Position numbers and translations under genes: made by a program. Below are positions 21,756 to 30,040 of a stretch of 32,000 nucleotides of DNA, piece after piece. Origin of the DNA: Enterobacter phage vB_EclM_Q7622. The notes under the pieces are model-generated. The model had not been told where the DNA came from and made no database searches. It saw only the letters and a list, made by a program, of their open reading frames with translations. The DNA lies in the sequence record OL989991.1; one strand, given 5' to 3'. Numbering within the stretch: position 1 is the first letter of the stretch; the number at the start of each line of letters is the position of its first letter.

Positions 21756-23219
21756 TTAGTAAATATAATCATAGATTATTCCATTTTCAAGAGCCGAACG
21801 GTGAACAATCTTACCGTTTCTAGATTCTTGCACATCAACTTCTGGGTAATCCGTAATCATTTTAGACAGAACTGCCAAGTGACAATGATAAGGACTATCA
21901 AGCCAAGAGGCAGTTTTCCAGTCTTTACCTTCTGAAGTAAGCTTCTGGATAGCATCCATAACCCACCAACCAACCCAGATATAAGCAGATGCTCTCCATG
22001 GCAATGGGTGTACATAAATTAATTCACATGCCATATCAGGTATATCTACAGTATATGAAGCTTCAAAAGACCTTTCACTATATCCAGGAGCAGAAATGGT
22101 TACTTTAAGATGATAAGTATTTTCACCAGGACTAATCGATTTTGGCTCTAAATTTACAGTAGGATACTTAGTATCTTTATCTGTCCACTCATACATAACT
22201 GTGGCATTAGATAAATCAATACCGATTATTTTAGGGGATAATACAAATTTCTCTCCTTCTGGGACTGGGAGGCTTTGATGACTTGCTTCTATGCTAAGTT
22301 TTACATCAGGAATAACTGTTATTGTCACGTTGTTTTGACTGGTGATAGAAGGATATGTTTCATCGCCAATAAAAATAATTTCAGCTTTAGCCGATACTTT
22401 ATATTGCTTCATAGTACTCTGACTAAATGTATAGTTAGGTCCTACAACGCCTTCTACTAAAACGTCATCAACATACCAGCTATAAACTATATTACTAATA
22501 GGGGATTCGACACGAGATAAATCAAGAATATACACTAGCGTTACAGGCTCATCAATAAGAACGGTTTTATTGCCTGGTTCTAAATTAGACCCAACAGTGT
22601 TTGAAAGAGGCGTAGTTACAACGGTTACATCCTTTGTTGCAAAAACACGAGTTACCATATAATTAGGATGGGTAAGTTTGGCCTCTACTGTATAAATCCT
22701 AGTCCCGACTTTATCACCTCTAGCAGTGAATAAAGAATTAGTTTCATTAGCAATAGGCTGCAAAACATTGTCTACTTTTTCACTCCAAGTGTATTTTAAA
22801 GTTAAACTAGGGTCGGACAGCAGTGGATGGGTAACAGATATAGATGCTTTGAGATCGGTATTAGAAAGATGTTCTATTGTTACTGTGGAGGGGCCTTCTA
22901 TTTTTATACTAGGTGAGCCCATATATCCTAAACCTGAAGTCAAGGTATAATATGCTTCGAGTTGTTCAGATTCATAGCCAGGTTTAGAAACAGTAGCCCT
23001 TAAAAGTACCTGCTCTGTGCCGGGTTTAATCCAAGCGGGTTCTAAAGTAGGCGTATTATAGAATTGATCTCTAAAAGACCAATTATAATCACTTATTACC
23101 GCGTCATCAAGTCCTGTTACTTGGGCACTAAGGATAAATGTTTCATCCTCAAAAGGGCGTGGGAAAGAATCATAGTTTTGGACTATTTCTAATGTCGCCG
23201 GGTTCGGAAGATCTGCCAT
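21756..23219 (-). CDS. hoc: Highly immunogenic outer capsid protein Hoc (487 aa)
   Basis: Ig-like repeats and C-terminal ELIYVHPLPWRASAYIWVGWWVMDAIQKLTSEGKDWKT...DYPEVDVQESRNGKIVHRSALENGIIYDY, as in T4 Hoc. Start chosen at MADLP (SD GGAG). Confidence 0.93.
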   Translation of the reverse strand: MADLPNPATLEIVQNYDSFPRPFEDETFILSAQVTGLDDAVISDYNWSFRDQFYNTPTLEPAWIKPGTEQVLLRATVSKPGYESEQLEAYYTLTSGLGYMGSPSIKIEGPSTVTIEHLSNTDLKASISVTHPLLSDPSLTLKYTWSEKVDNVLQPIANETNSLFTARGDKVGTRIYTVEAKLTHPNYMVTRVFATKDVTVVTTPLSNTVGSNLEPGNKTVLIDEPVTLVYILDLSRVESPISNIVYSWYVDDVLVEGVVGPNYTFSQSTMKQYKVSAKAEIIFIGDETYPSITSQNNVTITVIPDVKLSIEASHQSLPVPEGEKFVLSPKIIGIDLSNATVMYEWTDKDTKYPTVNLEPKSISPGENTYHLKVTISAPGYSERSFEASYTVDIPDMACELIYVHPLPWRASAYIWVGWWVMDAIQKLTSEGKDWKTASWLDSPYHCHLAVLSKMITDYPEVDVQESRNGKIVHRSALENGIIYDYIY

Positions 23220-23236
23220 TTTATTCTCCATTTATA

Positions 23237-23250
23237 GGGGCCGAAGCCCC
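23237..23250 (-). other. UUCG hairpin between inh and hoc
   Basis: Minus strand GGGGC-TTCG-GCCCC, identical to the hairpin at 21738-21751. Confidence 0.75.
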
Positions 23251-23259
23251 ATTGTCAAA

Positions 23260-23976
23260 TTATTTGAGTGTTACGAAAGATGAGTTGCGTGTTTCTCTAA
23301 CAAGAATAGAGCCATTTCTATAAATGTAGTAGAGTAAGCTGAATAGCGTTTGGTGCGCGCTAGGATGAGGGAAGCTGGTAGGTCGAGATTTCCAATCCGG
23401 AGTCTCTTTAATCCATTGGTAAATCCACCAAGGTAGAGTTACATAGCCTGGATTTTTGCCCATCAGAATAAGATGAGGGCTAAAGTCAGCAGGTAATTCG
23501 AATTTTTCTTCTGAAGTTTCTTCTTTATTTTCTGGAATAGTCGGAGCATTAATTACAGGCTCTTCATAAACCACTTCGGCTTTAGTTGGGATTATTTCAG
23601 GTTCACGTAGTTCAACTTCAGGAATTTTAACCGGGGCTTCAGTGACTTGAATATGTTCAACAGCATGAGTCATAGGAGCATCAAATAACAGAACTGCTTC
23701 TTCTTTAGCTTCGGTTTCACCTTCAATGTGAGCTTTCGCACCACTGATTTCATCATCTGCGTCAATCAAATCACTGATACTTAATCCACCTTCAACCTGT
23801 TCAATAGGTTCGGCAGCTAGTTCTTTAAGACCTGCTTCAATATCGATTACTAGATTATCAAAGCCTTTAGATTTTTTGAGTTGAAGACCAAACTGCTCTG
23901 CATATTCAATAAGCTTAGCTTTGGCTTCTTTTTTATCGTCTAATTGACGGAGTTCTTCAATATACTGGTGGTCCAT
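23260..23976 (-). CDS. inh: Probable inhibitor of prohead protease gp21 (Inh-like, about 238 aa)
   Basis: N-terminus MDHQYIEELRQLDDKKEAKAKLIEYAEQFGLQLKKSKGFDNLVIDIE; position between hoc and uvsW as in T4; acidic/Pro-rich middle. Start at 23976 chosen for SD spacing. Confidence 0.75.
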   Translation of the reverse strand: MDHQYIEELRQLDDKKEAKAKLIEYAEQFGLQLKKSKGFDNLVIDIEAGLKELAAEPIEQVEGGLSISDLIDADDEISGAKAHIEGETEAKEEAVLLFDAPMTHAVEHIQVTEAPVKIPEVELREPEIIPTKAEVVYEEPVINAPTIPENKEETSEEKFELPADFSPHLILMGKNPGYVTLPWWIYQWIKETPDWKSRPTSFPHPSAHQTLFSLLYYIYRNGSILVRETRNSSFVTLK

Positions 23977-23996
23977 AATCATTCTCTTTTCTAGTG

Positions 23997-24004
23997 TATA
24001 AATA
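23997..24004 (+). promoter_or_regulatory. Late promoter -10 TATAAATA for uvsW
   Basis: Exact late consensus 30 nt upstream of the uvsW ATG. Confidence 0.8.
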
Positions 24005-24010
24005 TGTATG

Positions 24011-24018
24011 TATTTATA
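24011..24018 (-). promoter_or_regulatory. Late promoter -10 TATAAATA (minus) for inh/hoc
   Basis: Plus strand TATTTATA; reads leftward toward inh start at 23976. Confidence 0.75.
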
Positions 24019-24034
24019 ACTAGAGAATATCCTC

Positions 24035-25534
24035 ATGCAAATCAAAGTTCATTTTGAAAATTTTAGTCATGTACGTATTGAGTGTGATGAATCCACTTTC
24101 TACGAACTAAGAGACTATTTCTCATTCGAAGCCGACGGCTATAAGTTTAACCCTAAGTTCAAATATGGTCAGTGGGACGGGAGAATTCGTCTTCTGGATT
24201 ATAACCGTATGTTACCATATGGTCTAGTCCCACAGATGCGTAAATTCGCAGACCAATTTGAATACGAATTGTGGATTGACCCTAAAATCACAGAGAAAGA
24301 AGAAATCACTCGTGAAGGATTCGATTCATGGTTATCTGAACTAGAAATCTATTCAGGTTCAACTAAGATTGAGCCTCATTGGTATCAGAAAGACGCTGTG
24401 TTCACCGGCTTGACCAACAGGCGTAATATCCTGAATTTACCTACATCTGCAGGTAAATCGTTAATCCAGGCGCTCCTGAGTCGTTATTACGTAGAGAACT
24501 ATGAAGGTAAAATTCTTATCTTAGTTCCTACTACTGCACTCGTCGACCAGATGATAAATGACTTTGCCGATTATCGTTTATTTGGTAAGCAACATATGCT
24601 CGGTATTCGAGCTGGCACGAAACGTGATTCGGATGCAATGATTTACGTCAGTACTTATCAAACGGCAATTAAACAGCCTAAAGAATGGTTTGCTCAGTTC
24701 GGCTTATTCATGAATGACGAATGCCATTTGGCGACAGGTAAAAGTATTTCTACCATTATTGAAGGTTTAACAAACTGTATGTTTAAGTTCGGTCTTTCAG
24801 GTTCACTGAAAGATGGCAAAGCCAACCTTATGCAATATATGGGCTTGTTCGGTGATATTTTCCGTCCGGTATCAACTTCACAATTAATGGATGAAGGCGC
24901 TGTTACCGACCTTAAAATTAACTCAATATTCCTTCGATATCCGGATGAATTCTGCGTTAAAATGAAAGGTAAGGACTACCAAACTGAAATCAAAGTTATT
25001 ACCAAAGCAGACCGTAGAAATAAATGGGTTGCTAATCTCGCTGCCAAATTGGCAAAGAATGATGAAAACGTGTTCTTGATGTTTAAGAATATCGAACATG
25101 GTAAAAAATTGGTAGAGTTGGTTAAAGAGGCTGGTGCAGAAAAAGTCTATTACGTTTCAGGTGAAGTCACTACTGAAGTTCGTAACGCTTTAAAAGAAAT
25201 GGCCGAAAATGGCAAAGGTATTGTTGTGGTTGCGTCGTATGGCGTATTTTCTACAGGTATCAGCGTTAAAAACTTACACCATGTAATTTTTGCACATCCG
25301 GTTAAATCTAAAATTATTGTTCTCCAGACTATTGGCCGTGTTCTTCGTAAACATACTAGCAAGAAAGTTGCTCAGGTCTGGGACATTATCGATGATATGG
25401 GTGTTAAACCTAAATCAGCCGCGGCCAAGAAAAAATATGTTCACTTAAATTATGCATTAAAACATGCACTAGAACGTATTCAGCGTTATGCTGATGAACA
25501 ATTCAACTATGTAATGAAACAGGTAGAAATCTAA
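24035..25534 (+). CDS. uvsW: RNA-DNA / DNA helicase UvsW (499 aa)
   Basis: NLPTSAGKSLIQALLSRYYVENYEGKILILVPTTAL, NDECHLATGKS, VASYGVFSTGISVKNLHHVIFAHPVKSKIIVLQTIGRVLRK; SF2 helicase motifs as in T4 UvsW. Confidence 0.97.
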   Translation: MQIKVHFENFSHVRIECDESTFYELRDYFSFEADGYKFNPKFKYGQWDGRIRLLDYNRMLPYGLVPQMRKFADQFEYELWIDPKITEKEEITREGFDSWLSELEIYSGSTKIEPHWYQKDAVFTGLTNRRNILNLPTSAGKSLIQALLSRYYVENYEGKILILVPTTALVDQMINDFADYRLFGKQHMLGIRAGTKRDSDAMIYVSTYQTAIKQPKEWFAQFGLFMNDECHLATGKSISTIIEGLTNCMFKFGLSGSLKDGKANLMQYMGLFGDIFRPVSTSQLMDEGAVTDLKINSIFLRYPDEFCVKMKGKDYQTEIKVITKADRRNKWVANLAAKLAKNDENVFLMFKNIEHGKKLVELVKEAGAEKVYYVSGEVTTEVRNALKEMAENGKGIVVVASYGVFSTGISVKNLHHVIFAHPVKSKIIVLQTIGRVLRKHTSKKVAQVWDIIDDMGVKPKSAAAKKKYVHLNYALKHALERIQRYADEQFNYVMKQVEI

Positions 25535-25761
25535 TGAAATCATTTGCCGATATTATCTATGAAGCTAGTATTGACAGCTTTATGTCTAAGATTGGCTCTT
25601 GTCAGACCTTGGATGGTCTGAAGGAGCTTGAAAAATATTACAAAACTCGTGTCAAAGAAACTGATTTGAAGGATTCTGACGATATCAGCATCAGAGATGC
25701 TTTAGAAGGTAAGAAAGTAGAACTTACTTCTATCGATGATGAGGAAGAAGAGGAATTTTAA
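25534..25761 (+). CDS. uvsW.1: UvsW.1-like small protein (75 aa)
   Basis: MKSFADIIYEASIDSFMSKIGSCQTLDGLKELEKYYKTRVKETDLKDSDDISIRDALEGKK...; start overlaps the uvsW stop as in T4. Confidence 0.8.
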   Translation: MKSFADIIYEASIDSFMSKIGSCQTLDGLKELEKYYKTRVKETDLKDSDDISIRDALEGKKVELTSIDDEEEEEF

Positions 25762-25764
25762 TAC

Positions 25765-25792
25765 AAAAAAGCCCCAACCAAAAGGAAGGGGC
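25765..25792 (-). terminator. Terminator of the leftward 26-25-uvsY operon
   Basis: Minus strand GCCCC TTCCTTTTGGTT GGGGC TTTTTT. Confidence 0.75.
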
Positions 25793-25816
25793 AAAACCAA
25801 CAAGTTGGTTATCTCA

Positions 25817-25981
25817 CTAGATTAAAAGCTGAGTCTCGTTTAACTGCTCTTCGGCAGATTCCGTTACCGGCAAACTTTCAGCATAATTATAACATTGGCC
25901 AGGATGGCATGGGCCTCGGTCTGTTTCAACAACCAATGCATCGTCGATTGGCGTTTTACAGACAACACAAATCTGCGACAT
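25817..25981 (-). CDS. uvsY.-2: Small Cys-rich protein, UvsY.-2-like (54 aa); absent from the supplied ORF track
   Basis: SD AGGAG then MSQICVVCKTPIDDALVVETDRGPCHPGQCYNYAESLPVTESAEEQLNETQLLI*; CxxC plus CxxxxxC pattern, downstream of uvsY. Confidence 0.75.
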   Translation of the reverse strand: MSQICVVCKTPIDDALVVETDRGPCHPGQCYNYAESLPVTESAEEQLNETQLLI

Positions 25982-26098
25982 GATTGTCTCCTTAGTTGTT
26001 TGTATATGTTTATTTATTACAAATGAAACGTAAGAACTTTTGAATTCTTACATCAGAAGGTTTATCTTTCTTATAGCCTTTCTAAGTGCGATTACCCA

Positions 26099-26530
26099 TT
26101 ACTTTTCACCTGCTTCGAATTTACGGATGTCTAACATCGTTTTCAATGAGAATCCACGAGCCTTGATTGCATCAAGCGCTGAACTACAAAAATCTTGCAA
26201 TAATCCCCAATACTGCATTTGAGTATCAAGTTTTAGGATGCTTGAATCCGCAGCCATCACAGTCTTCATTTCAGTCGGCGTATACTGGTCCATACAGACT
26301 TCTTCGCCAGGCTCACTTCTTCCGGAATAGAAATCTAAACGCTTTTTAGATGCAGATTTTTTCTGAATCTCGATACGCATAATTTCTTTCTTACAATTAC
26401 TATACAGACGTAACCACTTACTGTGCAACAGCACGTTGTGCTGTACTTCGTATTGTAATTTCGTCCCGTCGATAACTAAATCTTTATCTAACTCTTCTTG
26501 GAACGCCTCTAATTTAAATTCTAGTGCCAT
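26099..26530 (-). CDS. uvsY: Recombination mediator UvsY (143 aa)
   Basis: FQEELDKDLVIDGTKLQYEVQHNVLLHSKWLRLYSNCKKEIMRIEIQKKSASKKRLDFYSG...MQYWGLLQDFCSSALDAIKARGFSLK, as T4 UvsY. Confidence 0.95.
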   Translation of the reverse strand: MALEFKLEAFQEELDKDLVIDGTKLQYEVQHNVLLHSKWLRLYSNCKKEIMRIEIQKKSASKKRLDFYSGRSEPGEEVCMDQYTPTEMKTVMAADSSILKLDTQMQYWGLLQDFCSSALDAIKARGFSLKTMLDIRKFEAGEK

Positions 26531-26560
26531 AATGTTTCCTGTTGTTTAACCCATAGACCC

Positions 26561-26588
26561 ATTATAACACAAGGCCTATGGACAGCAA
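26561..26588 (-). promoter_or_regulatory. Candidate uvsY promoter with extended -10
   Basis: Minus strand TTGCTG-16 nt-TATAAT preceded by TGT (extended -10); only weak MotA-box resemblance (ATTGCTGTC). Confidence 0.55.
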
Positions 26589-26978
26589 TTAACCACCACT
26601 TCTGAGCTGGATTCTAATTTGCTCTAAAGTATCCGGGTCATCGACTATTGAAAAGCGAACCGTAACAATTATTGAGTTGTCATCATAGATTGGCGTCACT
26701 TGAACACCTAATTGAGACACTCTTGGCTCGAAGTTTTTAATAGCAGAAACAATATTACGCTGAATAGTATCAGCCACCAGAGGTGTCATATTTTCAAAAA
26801 GCTGATCCGTTATATCACAACCAAATTCAGGTTGGAAAGGGCGTGAGCCCTTTCTTGTAGTAACGATACCGAGAATACTATTTTTAACTGCACGTGCGCC
26901 TACTACTTTAGCAACATCATAACGATAGTCTTTCTGTATATTAGGCGACAGATCTGAGTACATTTTATTGATGTTCAT
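26589..26978 (-). CDS. 25: Baseplate wedge subunit gp25 (129 aa)
   Basis: ILGIVTTRKGSRPFQPEFGCDITDQLFENMTPLVADTIQRNI; gp25/lysozyme-like baseplate family. Confidence 0.96.
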   Translation of the reverse strand: MNINKMYSDLSPNIQKDYRYDVAKVVGARAVKNSILGIVTTRKGSRPFQPEFGCDITDQLFENMTPLVADTIQRNIVSAIKNFEPRVSQLGVQVTPIYDDNSIIVTVRFSIVDDPDTLEQIRIQLRSGG

Positions 26979-27601
26979 TATATCAACTTAAAGAACTCTT
27001 TAAGCCCCTTGACAACATGAATTTCGTTATGACCACACTCACAAGAGATAGGCACTGCTAATTGGACTTGTGGTTCAGTCAAATGAGCGAAAATCTTTTC
27101 AATATCTTCTACTGTGATAGCAGAATAAAGATCATTTACTTCTTCATCTGATAAATCATCTGGGAAGATTTCAACATCATCAGGGGTAACAATAGAATGA
27201 ATGCATTCTGCTACGGTTTGAGCTTTGTATTTGTCTTGGAAGATATTAGGCCATCTGAATCTAATTTTGAAGTTAGTAAAGGCCCAGACAACGTCCCTGG
27301 CTTCTGTAGTGCTTGCCTGAATAAGATTCATTGGAACCATTTGTTCCCGCCCACAGGCGCAATGCCACGGACGTTCTACGTTAACTTCACCTAATGATTG
27401 GGCCCACAGCTTAACCAGCAGTAATTCTCCTTCATGACGAGGGAGTTCAGGGGCGTCTGTACATTTCTTAAACAGTTCTAAAATTTCTTCTTCAAGTCGC
27501 CCTTCGAGTTTTGCCTTTAAAAGGTCTTTATATTCACGTAAAGTGAATGCACGGCAATTGATGGTCTTATCACCAATCTTCGTCACAAAATTATAGTTCA
27601 T
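26978..27601 (-). CDS. 26: Baseplate hub assembly protein gp26 (207 aa)
   Basis: MNYNFVTKIGDKTINCRAFTLREYKDLLKAK...; between 25 and 51 in reverse orientation; SD AAGGAG before 27601. Confidence 0.85.
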   Translation of the reverse strand: MNYNFVTKIGDKTINCRAFTLREYKDLLKAKLEGRLEEEILELFKKCTDAPELPRHEGELLLVKLWAQSLGEVNVERPWHCACGREQMVPMNLIQASTTEARDVVWAFTNFKIRFRWPNIFQDKYKAQTVAECIHSIVTPDDVEIFPDDLSDEEVNDLYSAITVEDIEKIFAHLTEPQVQLAVPISCECGHNEIHVVKGLKEFFKLI

Positions 27602-27621
27602 AGTTGGCTCCTTAATAAGCG

Positions 27622-27633
27622 TATTTATAAATA
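27622..27633. promoter_or_regulatory. Overlapping bidirectional late promoter for genes 26 (leftward) and 51 (rightward)
   Basis: TATTTATAAATA contains TATAAATA on both strands (plus 27626-27633, minus 27622-27629). Confidence 0.8.
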
Positions 27634-27649
27634 CACGAAAGGAGATACT

Positions 27650-28399
27650 ATGGCAAATATAATCAGATGTACTATGCCAGATGGTGTCCATCGTTTCAAA
27701 CCGTTTACAGTCTCAGACTATAGAGATTTCTTATTGGTCCGAAATGATATGGATAACTATCCGGAAGACGAACAACAAAAATTGATGGATGAATTGTTAG
27801 CAGATTATTTCGGAGATTATCCTGAAAGCTGGCGTCCATATCTTTTCATCCAAGTGTTTACAGCTTCTATCGGTAAGACTAAAATTCCAGTTGCATTTGA
27901 ATGTAACGAATGCGGTGCTTCTAAGCAACGACTTTTTAACTTAGCGCTTCCTCCACTAAAAGAACCTGAACTAGAAACAGCCGGTGTTAAGATAAAATTT
28001 AAATTCCCTGATAAAGAGTATGAAGACAAGACCCAAATGATTTTAGAAAATATAAAGTCGGTCGAAGATTCAGACGGTGAATATAAATGGGAAGATATAC
28101 CAGAAGAAACACAAATCCAAGTTATTGACGCTATAGATTTAGAATCTTTAGAGAAGCTTATAACTGAAATGAAACCATTCCATATTAAGTTTAAATATGG
28201 ATGTTGCACACAACATGTTGCTTATTATGATAAAATGGTGGATATTTTCAAAATACTTTTAAACCCTAGTGAAGTGTTTAGTTTCTATCAGGTAAACCAT
28301 TTACTAGTAAAAAGCCACTACACATTAGATAGCATAATGTCTATGCTTCCTATTGAAAGAAATATAGCGTTATCCCTAGTAGAAAAGGATCTTAAATGA
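27650..28399 (+). CDS. 51: Baseplate hub assembly catalyst gp51 (249 aa)
   Basis: [37 protein letters not shown]...; conserved position upstream of 27. Confidence 0.88.
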   Translation: MANIIRCTMPDGVHRFKPFTVSDYRDFLLVRNDMDNYPEDEQQKLMDELLADYFGDYPESWRPYLFIQVFTASIGKTKIPVAFECNECGASKQRLFNLALPPLKEPELETAGVKIKFKFPDKEYEDKTQMILENIKSVEDSDGEYKWEDIPEETQIQVIDAIDLESLEKLITEMKPFHIKFKYGCCTQHVAYYDKMVDIFKILLNPSEVFSFYQVNHLLVKSHYTLDSIMSMLPIERNIALSLVEKDLK

Positions 28400-29607
28400 C
28401 TAACAAATCTATACAACGTGAAGGTTATCCTAATATAAGCATAAAGCTTTATCAGGATTATGATGCATGGCAAACTAACCGTTTTGTAGAGTTAGCTGCA
28501 ACCTTTACTACATTAACAATGAGAGACGGGCTTAATGGCGTTAATGAAGGCCTTCTTCAATTTTATGACGCTAAGAACCTCCATACTAAAATGGATGGTG
28601 AACAGATAATCCAGATATCTGTTGGTAATGCAAACTCTCAAAGAACACAAACAAGAATTTATGGTTGTAAACACTTTGCCGTTGGTGTTGACTCTAAAGG
28701 CGATAATATTATTACAATCCAACTGGCTACCATTCATTCTTTAGAGAACCTTAAATTTAGCCGAATGTTCTTCCCGTCGGTTCAAGAAACACTTATTGAA
28801 ATGCTTGGTGTTATTTACCAAGACCGTACATTACTTACTCCTCCGGTGAATGGAATTAACGTGTATGTGCCTAATGTCCCTTGGTGCGACAATATAAACC
28901 GTTATATGGCCTTCGTTCGTGAAATGGGTCTTGCTGTTGAAAGCGATCAATTTGTATTTTGTTGGGAAGATATTGATGGTATAGAAATCATGGACTACCA
29001 ATACATGATTGAACAAGAACCATTGAAATTCGCAGTGGGCGAACCAAGGCTTATTGGTCAGTATGTCCAAGATTTAGAAATGCCTATTGCATTTGATTTT
29101 GAATGGATGACTAAGGCTAACCAACATACCAAAAAGCCGTATCAGAACGCTACTTTATATGCTCATTCATTTTTAGACAAAAACGCTACTAGAGTAACAT
29201 TCGGTGAAGGACAGAACAGTATATTTGTTTCACGTTCCGGTGCATATGCCGAAGCAACATATCGAAATGGCTATGAAGAAGCTAACCGTATTATTACTAT
29301 GTCGCAGTATGATGGTTATGCTAAGTGTAAAGTATTTGGTAATTTTGAAGTAACTCCGGGTGATAAGATTAATTTCTACGACCCTAAGAATCAATTCCAA
29401 TTTGATTTTTACGTAGACGAAGTTATTCACGAAATAAGTAATAACACATCTATCACTAACATCTACATGTTTACGAATGGTACTCCAATTAAAGTTGAAG
29501 AAGTGCCTAAGGTTAAAAATGAACTTAAAACTTATTCTGCCGACGAAGAAAATACTGATGAATCAGAAGGAAATCAGTATTCCAAAACTAGGCTTAAAAC
29601 ATCATAA
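28396..29607 (+). CDS. 27: Baseplate hub subunit gp27 (403 aa)
   Basis: [39 protein letters not shown]...[28 protein letters not shown]; as T4 gp27. Confidence 0.96.
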   Translation: MTNKSIQREGYPNISIKLYQDYDAWQTNRFVELAATFTTLTMRDGLNGVNEGLLQFYDAKNLHTKMDGEQIIQISVGNANSQRTQTRIYGCKHFAVGVDSKGDNIITIQLATIHSLENLKFSRMFFPSVQETLIEMLGVIYQDRTLLTPPVNGINVYVPNVPWCDNINRYMAFVREMGLAVESDQFVFCWEDIDGIEIMDYQYMIEQEPLKFAVGEPRLIGQYVQDLEMPIAFDFEWMTKANQHTKKPYQNATLYAHSFLDKNATRVTFGEGQNSIFVSRSGAYAEATYRNGYEEANRIITMSQYDGYAKCKVFGNFEVTPGDKINFYDPKNQFQFDFYVDEVIHEISNNTSITNIYMFTNGTPIKVEEVPKVKNELKTYSADEENTDESEGNQYSKTRLKTS

Positions 29608-30040
29608 TTTGGTTAAAGATGAAAAAGACCCTGTAAAGGCTCTTCGCATGATTATGCGAACTATTCATCCTGATTTAGATGCCGCTGAAACTGATTTTGT
29701 ATCTTTACACCTTTTAGAATTCAATGGTAAATTAAAGAGTGAAGTTGTTAAAGATGGCTTTACCTATCGTTTGGCTGATGTTTATATTTGTCAACGACTT
29801 GAATTCCAATATCAAGGAAATACGTTCAAATTCAGGTCTCACAAACCATTTGAAACGTTTGGTCCTGTCGATGCTGTTTTACAAACTCTTTATCTCGGCG
29901 ATGATGTACCAGATTTTCTGGATATGCCTGCTTTCGTAGCTAAATGGGCAGATGATATCACAAGCACTGTAGCTATTCCTGGTCCTAATGGCCCTATTAA
30001 AGGAATGCTTGAAATAATGGACCTTTTAAATGTCGAATAA
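29558..30040 (+). CDS. 28: Baseplate distal hub subunit gp28; start uncertain (ATG 29558 or TTG 29609)
   Basis: Conserved-looking core [37 protein letters not shown]...LNVE; order 27-28-29. Confidence 0.75.
   Translation: MNQKEISIPKLGLKHHNLVKDEKDPVKALRMIMRTIHPDLDAAETDFVSLHLLEFNGKLKSEVVKDGFTYRLADVYICQRLEFQYQGNTFKFRSHKPFETFGPVDAVLQTLYLGDDVPDFLDMPAFVAKWADDITSTVAIPGPNGPIKGMLEIMDLLNVE

Noticed and set aside
23220-23232. TATAAATG on the minus strand just upstream of hoc as a late promoter
   Set aside because: One mismatch and too close to the hoc start to leave a normal leader; may be chance. hoc can be read from the promoter at 24011-24018.
26040-26349. Two 60-aa ORFs near or within uvsY
   Set aside because: Overlap the well-supported UvsY gene, no RBS or recognisable domain.
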